In this document: positions 40,291-48,691 of the stretch, piece by piece | Layout of the letters: every line of letters begins with the position of its first letter | How positions within the stretch are numbered: the first letter of the stretch is position 1 | From: a virus | Lineage: Duplodnaviria; Heunggongvirae; Uroviricota; Caudoviricetes | DNA length: 64,000 bases | Direction: 5' to 3' (one strand) | IMG/VR virus record: IMGVR_UViG_3300045988_157791 | The notes under the pieces: generated by a model | Database searches by the model: none | The model's input: only the letters and a program-made list of their open reading frames with translations | What the model was told of the DNA's origin: nothing | Program-made: the position numbers and the translations under genes

Positions 40291-40625
40291 TATCCAACCT
40301 CCTTGCAGTCATCGAAAAGGTAGCTTTGCTGAGAAGCGTGAACGCCATAGAAGCCCTTGTATTTGTTGTATACGAAGTGGTCTTCTCCGACGCCGGTTAA
40401 TTTGCCATTACGATTTGTGAGATATGGGGATGACAACACTCGATCGTCACGCACAACATAGAACTGGTCGCCGCTGTCTACGACCATCGCTCCATATGGT
40501 GCTTTTATGACGTCGGTAAGAGCGCCATTCTTAACGTCGGCTACAGACATTTCACACTGATAAACAGTGGTGTCGGCCACAACGATCGAAGAAAGGAACA
40601 ACAGCGCGAATAGGATGGCCTTCAT
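40290..40625 (-). CDS. secreted hypothetical protein (signal peptide, 111 aa)
   Basis: N-terminal MKAILFALLFLSSIVVA signal-like segment. Confidence 0.45.
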   Translation of the reverse strand: MKAILFALLFLSSIVVADTTVYQCEMSVADVKNGALTDVIKAPYGAMVVDSGDQFYVVRDDRVLSSPYLTNRNGKLTGVGEDHFVYNKYKGFYGVHASQQSYLFDDCKEVG

Positions 40626-40800
40626 GCTGCCACCTCTTTGATTACATCAAATGCTGAATTAAATACGAGCACGATAGCCAAAGCGTTTATGACTACGTCG
40701 TGCACCGGGGAAAAGACTTTACGAATGACACCAGTGAAAATGCAGTCGATGACAAAAGCTATTGAAACGATGAGTAACAAGTATTCAATAAAAATCTTCA
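40622..40800 (-). CDS. small membrane protein (58 aa, not in the ORF track)
   Basis: ATG at 40798-40800, two hydrophobic helices, stop overlaps the next gene's ATG. Confidence 0.35.
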
Positions 40801-40840
40801 TGATAGGTAGATACTAACTTATATAAATTTTACTGTAAAC

Positions 40841-41116
40841 TCACTCAAAAGTGCTGATGCTTAAAATACGCTCAAGATGTTCGGCATCTTCATCACTGAT
40901 TTGTTGAGTCTCTTCTACGTACCAACAGTTGCCGTTATGCCAACAAACACCATCATCATCAACCATCACTGAATCAGCGTCATGACCTGTATATTCAACG
41001 AGAATACGCTGGATCAGCGCGTCAGTTTCTTCGTCGTTAAGGCCATCGGCTTTGACCATAAAAAGCGGAAACACGTCATAGACAGTGCTGGTAACGATTC
41101 GAACTAAAACTCTCAT
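40841..41116 (-). CDS. hypothetical protein (91 aa)
   Basis: ORF with conserved initiation context. Confidence 0.4.
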   Translation of the reverse strand: MRVLVRIVTSTVYDVFPLFMVKADGLNDEETDALIQRILVEYTGHDADSVMVDDDGVCWHNGNCWYVEETQQISDEDAEHLERILSISTFE

Positions 41117-41171
41117 GTGTTTTTCCTTTTGTGGTTAGTGTTTACTTATTTTGTTAGTTATGAATAGGCGA

Positions 41172-41597
41172 TCAATCTTCTTGTTTAGGGAAAAACTGTT
41201 CAATAACTCTGTCAACGGCTGTGTCTATATGGAGTAGATGCCACACAACCATATCTTTGCTTCCCATGCCTTGTGTGAATATCACGTCATACTTACGCCA
41301 TGCGCAGTGGAACCAATATGCTGAGTCATCAATTGGTAAATCCTCTCCCGCCTCTTTGAAGTATTTCAGCAGCATTGCCTGCTCTGCCGTTGGCGTTGGA
41401 CCTATTTCCTGAGCGTACATACGGATGAATCGCTGCCAGTCTGTCTCGTCGGGGGTTGGATCTGGTGGGGTCATTTCTGCGATAGCGTTTCGTAGCTGAT
41501 GCGCCCAATCAGGTTCAGGAAAGCCTTTTGCTACTTCATCATCAATAACATCCAGAGCCACGTTTGCGGCATCGTAGAGTTTCTTAATAGCTGTCAT
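41172..41597 (-). CDS. hypothetical protein (141 aa)
   Basis: ORF; motif copy i upstream. Confidence 0.45.
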   Translation of the reverse strand: MTAIKKLYDAANVALDVIDDEVAKGFPEPDWAHQLRNAIAEMTPPDPTPDETDWQRFIRMYAQEIGPTPTAEQAMLLKYFKEAGEDLPIDDSAYWFHCAWRKYDVIFTQGMGSKDMVVWHLLHIDTAVDRVIEQFFPKQED

Positions 41598-41612
41598 GTT
41601 TTCTTATCCTTT

Positions 41613-41650
41613 TAAACAAATTGTTTTCTTAATAAGATAATTGCGATAAA
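41613..41650 (-). promoter_or_regulatory. conserved promoter/leader motif (copy i)
   Basis: TTTTAAACAAATTGTTTTCTTAATAAGATAATTGCGATAA. Confidence 0.5.
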
Positions 41651-41651
41651 A

Positions 41652-41672
41652 AAGGCGTCCAACTGGACGCCT
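41652..41672 (-). terminator. rho-independent terminator (GGCGTCC...GGACGCC family)
   Basis: Hairpin followed by a U-run on the minus strand, 3' of the SPFH gene. Confidence 0.6.
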
Positions 41673-41688
41673 GAACTTTTTAGGGGAG

Positions 41689-42519
41689 TTATTTCACTGT
41701 AATGAAAGGAGTGTTAGCCCCTTGAGTCATGTACTGCGGTAACTGGCCATTCCATTTATTGATGGCTTCCAGTTCCATAACGTTCGGGTTTTGACGCAGA
41801 GCTTCACCGCGCAGACGAATGGCGTCTGCTTCTGCTTGCGCACGAGCACGGATAGCATCAGCTTCACCATTAGCCTGTTCACGTAGCATATTCGCCTCAG
41901 CTTTACGTTGTTCAACTTCCTGCTGACGTTGCAGAGTACGCTGGTTAGCCGTTACTTTGGCGTTAATAGATTCAATGACAGTTTTTGGGTAATCAGGCTT
42001 TCCAACCCATGACAGGCTCAGTACCTCAATACCAACCGGAGACATCTCTTTCTGAATATCTTTCAGTGCGTTGTCCAGCAATTGTGCCTTACCACCGTCG
42101 ATAAATGAGTCAGTGGTCATACGGCTGGCCAAACGGTTTAGAGAGTCGGCAATTTTCTGACGCAGATCTGATTCGGTGATATCGTCTACGCCTTTGCGAT
42201 AGGTCTGGAACACCGTCGTTACCTTGTCACGATTAACCAGATACGCAACGCCAATTTTGTGACCAATAGCAGTACCGTCACTCATCTGGAATGTGAACGG
42301 CTCGTCGTAGGTCTTCATTTGTTTGAAGGTCGGGAATACGTAAAGTTCGGTGTTAAGACCTGTCCATTGGCGACCAACGCCAACCACTTCACCAATCCCT
42401 TTGTCTTCACCTAATTTGTTTACTTTGATGCCAACGTATCCAGGCTCCACGCGATCACAGCCAGTAAGACCCATTGTGCAAATAGCCGCCAGAGCAACTG
42501 CAAGTAAACCTTTCTTCAT
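41689..42519 (-). CDS. SPFH/band-7 (prohibitin/HflC-like) lipoprotein
   Basis: Lipobox LTGC; SPFH-like core followed by an Ala/Glu/Arg/Gln-rich coiled coil. Confidence 0.6.
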   Translation of the reverse strand: MKKGLLAVALAAICTMGLTGCDRVEPGYVGIKVNKLGEDKGIGEVVGVGRQWTGLNTELYVFPTFKQMKTYDEPFTFQMSDGTAIGHKIGVAYLVNRDKVTTVFQTYRKGVDDITESDLRQKIADSLNRLASRMTTDSFIDGGKAQLLDNALKDIQKEMSPVGIEVLSLSWVGKPDYPKTVIESINAKVTANQRTLQRQQEVEQRKAEANMLREQANGEADAIRARAQAEADAIRLRGEALRQNPNVMELEAINKWNGQLPQYMTQGANTPFITVK

Positions 42520-42522
42520 TAC

Positions 42523-42723
42523 TTATTTCCCCTTTGCTTTGATTAATGAGTTGATAAACTTACGACCAGCAATAAGACCGATTACAGGAGCACCAAAACC
42601 AACGATAACTCCAAACATGACGGCTAAATCACTCTTGGTAGAAATCAGCGACGGAACCAGTAAACCGTAGATGAGAGCCACTGAAAGGCCTGTGGCTACT
42701 GCCAATAGATAGATTTTGATCAT
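42523..42723 (-). CDS. small membrane protein (66 aa), likely co-transcribed with the SPFH gene
   Basis: Two hydrophobic helices; 3-nt gap to the downstream gene. Confidence 0.45.
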   Translation of the reverse strand: MIKIYLLAVATGLSVALIYGLLVPSLISTKSDLAVMFGVIVGFGAPVIGLIAGRKFINSLIKAKGK

Positions 42724-42789
42724 GTGTTTTCCTATGTGGTTGTTATGCGAAAATAATAAGTAAGTACTTATATATTTTCAAGAGATAAA

Positions 42790-42814
42790 CAAGGCGTCCT
42801 GTGGACGCCTTGTG
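42790..42814 (-). terminator. rho-independent terminator (GGCGTCC...GGACGCC family)
   Basis: CAAGGCGTCCtgtGGACGCCTTG followed by a U-rich tract on the minus strand. Confidence 0.6.
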
Positions 42815-42815
42815 T

Positions 42816-43889
42816 TTACTCTTCTACTGACTCGGTGGGGTTGTCTTTTGCTCTTCGGTCGTCGATTGCCTGCAAAGCCGCAATGATTTCAGCCAGTGGC
42901 TTCTCCCGATACATCTCAACGATCTGCGATTTGGTGTATTTCTTGTCACCAATTTCAACTCGCCCGCTGGCGTTCTTTGGCAGGTATCCTTCTTCCAGCA
43001 TGTACTCGACGAGCGATTCGATAACGTCGAGGCCACGAGTAGGATCGAAGTAGAATTTCCAGGTGCATTTGCCATACGGTGGTGCAACTTTGTTTTTGAT
43101 GCATTCTGCGCCTACGTCCTGGCCGATCTTCTCTTTACCATCCTTCATCACCGATGCACCAAGACGGATACGTACAGAAGCGTAGAACTTCGGTGAATCT
43201 CCACCTGGCGACGTAGTAGGGTCGCCAAACATTACACCGATTTTTGTGCGAACCTGATTCAAGAAGATGATGCAGGCGTTGTATTTGCGTGCCCACAAAG
43301 CCAGAGTAGGGAAGTTCGCACTCGTCGCACGAGCCAGTGCCGTATTGTCGTTCATGTTTAGCTGATCTTTGTCTTTGGCAGTGCCTTCAGCCATCTTTTC
43401 GAACTTCTCGGCTTTGGAGTTCGGAACCATAGACGCAAGAGAGTCAGCCACGATACAGATAGGTGCTGATTCGGGGATAAGCTCTTCATCACGAACCAAT
43501 TTAAGTATTGTGCCGATCAACTCTACAGAGTCTTCGAAGGTATCTGGCTGCTTGTATACCCACTGACCGTCATCCTCATCTGCGTTCAGGCCATTGGCTA
43601 CAGCCAGGCCAACGTCAAAACTGTTTTCATGATCGAGGAATACCGCCAGACCATCTTGTTTTTGAGCGGAGATCATCGCTGCTGTTGCAAGGAACGTTTT
43701 CCCTGCACTTGGAGGACCGAATACTTCGACGATACGACCACATGGGAAGCCGCCATCGTAACGACCAGAAATAGCTTTGTTTAACGGTGGAAAGCCTGTA
43801 TCAATCCAATGAGTTACTTTCTGAATTTCGTCGTTGCTACCGATTTTCTTTTTCAGAGCAAGTGCCAGTGCGGATTTTCCTTTTGCCAT
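42816..43889 (-). CDS. RecA/UvsX-like recombinase
   Basis: Walker A GRIVEVFGPPSAGKTFLA in a RecA-like N-terminal context. Confidence 0.7.
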   Translation of the reverse strand: MAKGKSALALALKKKIGSNDEIQKVTHWIDTGFPPLNKAISGRYDGGFPCGRIVEVFGPPSAGKTFLATAAMISAQKQDGLAVFLDHENSFDVGLAVANGLNADEDDGQWVYKQPDTFEDSVELIGTILKLVRDEELIPESAPICIVADSLASMVPNSKAEKFEKMAEGTAKDKDQLNMNDNTALARATSANFPTLALWARKYNACIIFLNQVRTKIGVMFGDPTTSPGGDSPKFYASVRIRLGASVMKDGKEKIGQDVGAECIKNKVAPPYGKCTWKFYFDPTRGLDVIESLVEYMLEEGYLPKNASGRVEIGDKKYTKSQIVEMYREKPLAEIIAALQAIDDRRAKDNPTESVEE

Positions 43890-43891
43890 GA

Positions 43892-44164
43892 TCAGGCTCC
43901 TTTTGTTTCGTTGATTCGTTTTAAAGCGGCGGATTCATCGAATACAATCGCATCGTGGTTAAGGAGTCTGGATACACGAGCGAGGATTTTTACGACCTGC
44001 TCGCTGACTAATCCAAACTCGCGATCTGTCGCTTTCATTCCGGCAGCGCCTAGAATTGACGGCAGTGCGATGACAGCGTACTCACCGTGATAAAAGACAA
44101 TCTCTTTTGCCAGTTGGGCAGGGGTGGTTGTAGCGCCATTGATAATCGATTTAAGCATTAGCAA
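43892..44164 (-). CDS. hypothetical protein (90 aa)
   Basis: ORF between the FEN and RecA-like genes. Confidence 0.4.
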   Translation of the reverse strand: MLMLKSIINGATTTPAQLAKEIVFYHGEYAVIALPSILGAAGMKATDREFGLVSEQVVKILARVSRLLNHDAIVFDESAALKRINETKGA

Positions 44165-45102
44165 TACCTTTCGAATGGAAGAACAAACACTTCAAGGTCT
44201 TCAAGGAACGAACGGAAATTCAGCTCGTAGCACAGTTGCTCGAATGCTTTCACGTCACGATTGCCTTTGATTGTTTCGATTTCGGTAGGCGGAAACTTCG
44301 TCTCAATCAGGTTCATTAGCGTGATGTTTCTCTTGAACGCTTCGAGCATTCGACAGCCTGTTTTCTCGTTGAAGGCATTCTTCGCTAGTTTGTTGAAGGC
44401 GGTCTTATGACGCCCTTTATTAACCACGATTGAGCCGTCGTTGATGCCGCGTACCATCGTTGCGACACTTCCCCATTCATGCAGCAGCTCTTTCGCACCG
44501 CCAGCACCAATGCCACCAACACCGCTAATGTTGTCCGAGTTATCGCCTTGTAATGCTTTTGCTTCCAAAAATGCGCGAGGCGTGGCGAATCCTGTCAGCT
44601 CCGCAAATTGCTCAAAATTAACCTGCTTGTTTTTGGCGTCTTCACGCAGGCTTACCCAGCTTACGTTTTCACGAACTAACTGAAGCCAGTCGCTATCGCC
44701 TGTTAACAGATAGATGTGTTCAACGGTTGGCTGCGGTGCCATGCGGGATACCAGCAGCCCGGCCAGATCATCCGCTTCTGCATCTTTTGCAATGAGTTGG
44801 GTAACTCCAAGCGCGGTCATCATTTTGAGGATGTATGGCTTCTGGATAGCAAAGCCTTCCTTCATCTTTTTCATATCAGGATCGTCGTCGCGATTTGCTT
44901 TGTAGTCCGGGTAAAAGTCGCGACGCTTGTCACTAAATCCATCCCAAAGAATCATAGGTCGGGCATGGAGGATGGAGGCATAACGACGGACGTTCTTAAC
45001 AAAGCCGAAAGCAGCCTGTACTTCCATTTCGCCGTTGTGCAATTTGTCAGATTGTTGGTGGTAATAACCCAGGCTATTGCCATCTACGAAGAGATAATTC
45101 AC
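44158..45102 (-). CDS. 5'-3' exonuclease / flap endonuclease (start re-placed to a GTG)
   Basis: FEN motifs FVDGNSLGY, EADD, GDSDWLQL, helix-hairpin-helix GVGGIG; the longer track ORF would run through the upstream terminator. Confidence 0.75.
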   Translation of the reverse strand: MNYLFVDGNSLGYYHQQSDKLHNGEMEVQAAFGFVKNVRRYASILHARPMILWDGFSDKRRDFYPDYKANRDDDPDMKKMKEGFAIQKPYILKMMTALGVTQLIAKDAEADDLAGLLVSRMAPQPTVEHIYLLTGDSDWLQLVRENVSWVSLREDAKNKQVNFEQFAELTGFATPRAFLEAKALQGDNSDNISGVGGIGAGGAKELLHEWGSVATMVRGINDGSIVVNKGRHKTAFNKLAKNAFNEKTGCRMLEAFKRNITLMNLIETKFPPTEIETIKGNRDVKAFEQLCYELNFRSFLEDLEVFVLPFERYC

Positions 45103-45126
45103 CGGTACATTCCTTCCAAAAAGTAA

Positions 45127-45150
45127 GGCGTCCGTAGACGCCTTACTGGT
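45127..45150 (-). terminator. rho-independent terminator (GGCGTCC...GGACGCC family)
   Basis: TAAGGCGTCcgtaGACGCCTTA followed by a U-run on the minus strand. Confidence 0.6.
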
Positions 45151-45162
45151 CACGTAATGGGA

Positions 45163-46191
45163 TTACAGAGAGTCCAGCTCTCTCAGTAGGTCATCCAGAC
45201 CTTCGTCTTCCGTCGCAGATGCGGCTGCTACAGATGTCGCTGCGACTGCTTCAGACTCTTTGACTGATACGGCAACGGCAGCGGAACTTGCTTCTGGTTT
45301 AAATTCAGTTTCAACGGCACGGAGGATTTCTTCATCAACCAGACTGGTTGGTTCAGAAGCTGGGGTGTGAGCGGTTGCTACAGCAGTCGCACCCTCCGTA
45401 TGACCAGTGACAGAGCCAAATCCAGGTAGTGCCGCAGCCGATGTTTTCGCGGTTGAGGAAATTGCTGGTGCAGATGCTGCGGCAGTTGGTGCAGCGATGC
45501 CAATCAGACGACCCATAGTGCGAACTGTCGACAGAAGACGAGTTTCATCAGCCTGATTTGCGTATGCGATCAGATCATGCTGGGTGTTCCAGAATTTATC
45601 TTCGATATCGCCTTTGTAGACTTTACGCTTAGGCGAGACGTCATATTTGGTATCGCGACCAGAGCCAGTACGTTTAATCAGGAATGCGTAGCCTTCCTCT
45701 TTGCTCAGTGGATTGCCGATATCATCAGCGATGTCTTCGGTGATTGCTTTGCAGATATCATCGAATACAGTAGACGGCAGCTCGATTAACTGGCATTTCT
45801 CAGCATCTGCGAAATCCTCACGAGCAGAAAGAATGCCGTTGACCAGGTAGCGAGGAGTGGCACGCATTTGACCGATGCGTTCTTCCATTGCTTTGTTACC
45901 CTTGTGACGAGCGCGACCTTCCATAACCATTTCGCATAGCTGACAAGCGCGACCGTGAGTATGTTGCTCACAAATATAAGCGTTGGTTGCTTCTTTACCT
46001 TCCTCGTTCTGATACTTAACGTAGTGCATACCGAAAGTCTGGAAGAACTTACCGTTTGGGTCGTCTTTATTCGGGAAGATGCGGATATAGTTGACGCCGT
46101 CTTTTAAGCGAGTCAGATCAACGTTGTTGCCACGTTTGGCGGCAATGTCTTCACGAGTTTTGTTAAGCAAATCAAGTAATGTCTTAGACAT
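45163..46191 (-). CDS. putative ssDNA-binding protein (gp32-like)
   Basis: Cys/His cluster CEQHTHGRACQLCE, Ala/Ser/Thr-rich linker, acidic C-terminal tail. Confidence 0.5.
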   Translation of the reverse strand: MSKTLLDLLNKTREDIAAKRGNNVDLTRLKDGVNYIRIFPNKDDPNGKFFQTFGMHYVKYQNEEGKEATNAYICEQHTHGRACQLCEMVMEGRARHKGNKAMEERIGQMRATPRYLVNGILSAREDFADAEKCQLIELPSTVFDDICKAITEDIADDIGNPLSKEEGYAFLIKRTGSGRDTKYDVSPKRKVYKGDIEDKFWNTQHDLIAYANQADETRLLSTVRTMGRLIGIAAPTAAASAPAISSTAKTSAAALPGFGSVTGHTEGATAVATAHTPASEPTSLVDEEILRAVETEFKPEASSAAVAVSVKESEAVAATSVAAASATEDEGLDDLLRELDSL

Positions 46192-46308
46192 GTGTTTCTC
46201 CTTGTTGTGATTTGGCCGATGGCGCTATGCGCGTTGGGCTTTCGTTCATTCGTGGCTCTTTCGAGCTGTTAAATGATAGATCAGTACTTACTTATTATCT
46301 ATCAAAAA

Positions 46309-46740
46309 TCAACGGGGAGTAATAAAGCGTTCAGAGCCTAATCGCTCTAATTCAACGATGGCCATCTTTGACGCCTGAACGATCATGTCTCGGCGATGCG
46401 AAAAGGCGGCGACAGCATGTTTGTATATGTCTGCGATGTGCCGTGCTTCATCCAACTTCTGCCGTTTAGACAGATACTGTGGGTTTGTTTTAACCTTAGC
46501 GTCCAGTACAGACTCGTTGAACTTAATGCCGTTCATACTCAAGTTCTTACGCTCTGTGTCGTATAGCTTTGCTTCAACAGCTTCAAGGTTAAGTTTTGCC
46601 TCTGCGACATCTCGATCTGCCTGCGCTAGTTTTGACCCATACTCCATTAAAAGCCGTGGCTGTTTACGCCATACTTCCTCAAGGTTGTCGCGGTCGAACT
46701 CCAGATCGGCCATGATTTTAGAAAAAATATCAGTGTTCAC
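46309..46740 (-). CDS. hypothetical protein (143 aa)
   Basis: ORF. Confidence 0.45.
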   Translation of the reverse strand: MNTDIFSKIMADLEFDRDNLEEVWRKQPRLLMEYGSKLAQADRDVAEAKLNLEAVEAKLYDTERKNLSMNGIKFNESVLDAKVKTNPQYLSKRQKLDEARHIADIYKHAVAAFSHRRDMIVQASKMAIVELERLGSERFITPR

Positions 46741-46994
46741 TCTAATAGGTTCCTACTTATAAAATCTGTATCAATTATATCAAACAGAGAACGGGTTTAT
46801 GGCGTCATGTCAACTTTGTTCAGGGGAAAATATTGAGATCACCGAAGATAATTAGTTGTCTTATTTTGGTAAGCTGTGCTGACCATCTTTAGGTCACATA
46901 CATGAGATGGATGGGGGTGTGGCATGAACGGATGAAATTCAGTCGCCGTTGACAGATGTCAACACTGTGAATAGAATACTATTATCGGAGGCGA

Positions 46995-47219
46995 ATGAAG
47001 CAACATCCGAATAAGCATATTCAAGCAGCCATTGACTATGCATTAAGTAAAGGCTGGATCTGGGTAGCAGCTGGTGGTGCTGCACATTGTTTTTGCAGAC
47101 TGCGATGCGGTAATCCAGAAGGTGAACACAAAACTCACCAAATGAGCGTATGGTCGACTCCGGGTAATCCCGAAAACCATGCCAAACAGATCAAACGAAT
47201 GGTTGATCGTTGTAAATGA
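46995..47219 (+). CDS. hypothetical small protein (74 aa)
   Basis: ORF followed by a hairpin terminator; a weak HicA-like resemblance was not accepted. Confidence 0.4.
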   Translation: MKQHPNKHIQAAIDYALSKGWIWVAAGGAAHCFCRLRCGNPEGEHKTHQMSVWSTPGNPENHAKQIKRMVDRCK

Positions 47220-47223
47220 TTTC

Positions 47224-47250
47224 AAGGCGGCATTAGCCGCCTTTTGCAGA
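47224..47250 (+). terminator. rho-independent terminator
   Basis: GGCGGCattaGCCGCC plus TTTT. Confidence 0.55.
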
Positions 47251-47279
47251 AACTGTCCAACTATCTTCAAAGGAAAACT

Positions 47280-47843
47280 ATGGCGCTTTATAACTTCACT
47301 CTGACGCTCTCAGGCGTATCGTATGAGACGGAAGGACTGGAAGACGCGCTGTACCAAAACGGCTGTGACGATGCGCTAATTTGCGCATATGGAAACTCCG
47401 TCTATGTAGAATTTGACCGCGAAGCACAATCACTTGATGCAGCTATCGCATCTGCGGTCGACAATATTGAATCAGCCGGTATCGGTGCAATTGTTGAATC
47501 CGTCGACTCGGCTCTTGTGGGCTTAAGCGATATCGCGGAACTGACAGACCTGTCTCGCCAGGCAGTGGCGTTGCTCAAAGACGGTAAGCGCGGAAGCGGC
47601 GACTTCCCTTGCCCTGTACAACGCATAAAAGGCCAGTCTCCTCTCTGGGATTGGGCTGATGTGGCTGAATGGCTCATGAATAACGGACGACTTAAAGAGG
47701 GCGATCAAATTGTCCAAAATGCCCGAACTTTGAGTAAATGGAATCTGGCGCTTCGAAACAGCGTCTCGAAAGATTTCAACGAAATAGAGCAAATTGCGGA
47801 GAAACTGATTAAACGCCGCAAAGATATTGCGAAATGCGCATAA
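47280..47843 (+). CDS. hypothetical protein (187 aa)
   Basis: ATG with AAGGAAA SD; terminator hairpin 47846-47872 downstream. Confidence 0.45.
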   Translation: MALYNFTLTLSGVSYETEGLEDALYQNGCDDALICAYGNSVYVEFDREAQSLDAAIASAVDNIESAGIGAIVESVDSALVGLSDIAELTDLSRQAVALLKDGKRGSGDFPCPVQRIKGQSPLWDWADVAEWLMNNGRLKEGDQIVQNARTLSKWNLALRNSVSKDFNEIEQIAEKLIKRRKDIAKCA

Positions 47844-48172
47844 TGATGCCCGCCAATTGGCGGGCATCTGTTCTCTGTAAAGGTGTCTGGCATCGTCTGG
47901 TTCGTTAACGTTTACTAAACCAATGGTGACAAAAATTAGTTATCTTTGAAAAATAAAGGTTGCATGAAAAGAAGGGGTATGCGTTAATAGCATCGTTGGT
48001 TTGCAAGACAGACCTTATGTAAGCAGTTTTAGTAAAGCAGTCTCAGTTCAGTGTTATCTTCTGATTTCCCTTCTTCGTGAGTCTCCTCCTTAAGTGCCTA
48101 AGTAAGTCCCAATCTATACAGATCAAATTCTCGCCGCACTATGTGGCTCACAAAATTAAGAAGGTAATATCT

Positions 48173-48388
48173 ATGTCTAATAAAATGACTGGTTTAGTAA
48201 AATGGTTTAACTCTGATAAAGGCTTTGGCTTTATTTCTCCTGCTGATGGCAGTAAAGATGTTTTTGTACATTTTTCGGCAATTCAGAGTAATAATTTCCG
48301 CACTTTGGAAGAAGGCCAGCAGGTCGAATTCTCTATCGAGAATGGGGCTAAAGGCCCAGCAGCAGCAAATGTCGTTGCTCTAAGCTGA
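48173..48388 (+). CDS. cold-shock protein (CspA family)
   Basis: [19 protein letters not shown]...[13 protein letters not shown]1/RNP2-like motifs, 71 aa. Confidence 0.85.
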   Translation: MSNKMTGLVKWFNSDKGFGFISPADGSKDVFVHFSAIQSNNFRTLEEGQQVEFSIENGAKGPAAANVVALS

Positions 48389-48666
48389 TTCAACGCTGAT
48401 GATCCTCATTTCTACAATAACGAAGACGGTGTAAGCCTGAGTGGATAGATTTGCAGGATTGTACAAGTTGAATAAATTAGCATGGTAAGGCCATGCTAAT
48501 TAAATCGACACAACGGCCAGTTTATTCCATAAAAGTGAATTGCCCATTGTGGCGAAATGCGGGGTTGCCGCATGAATAGTCAAAGGCAGAAGCTAACTGC
48601 CGGCATGGCAAAACAAAGTGCGTAAGAGGAGTGACTTCCTCAACAAGCGCCATAATTCTTTATAAA

Positions 48667-48690
48667 CCCGCCAACAGGCGGGTTTTCTTT
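48667..48690 (+). terminator. rho-independent terminator
   Basis: CCCGCCaacaGGCGGG plus TTTTCTTT. Confidence 0.55.
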
Positions 48691-48691
48691 A

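Noticed and set aside
46995-47843. HicA/HicB-like toxin-antitoxin pair
   Set aside because: Resemblance of the 74-aa protein to HicA is weak, and a hairpin terminator separates the two genes, arguing against an operon; retained only as hypothetical proteins.
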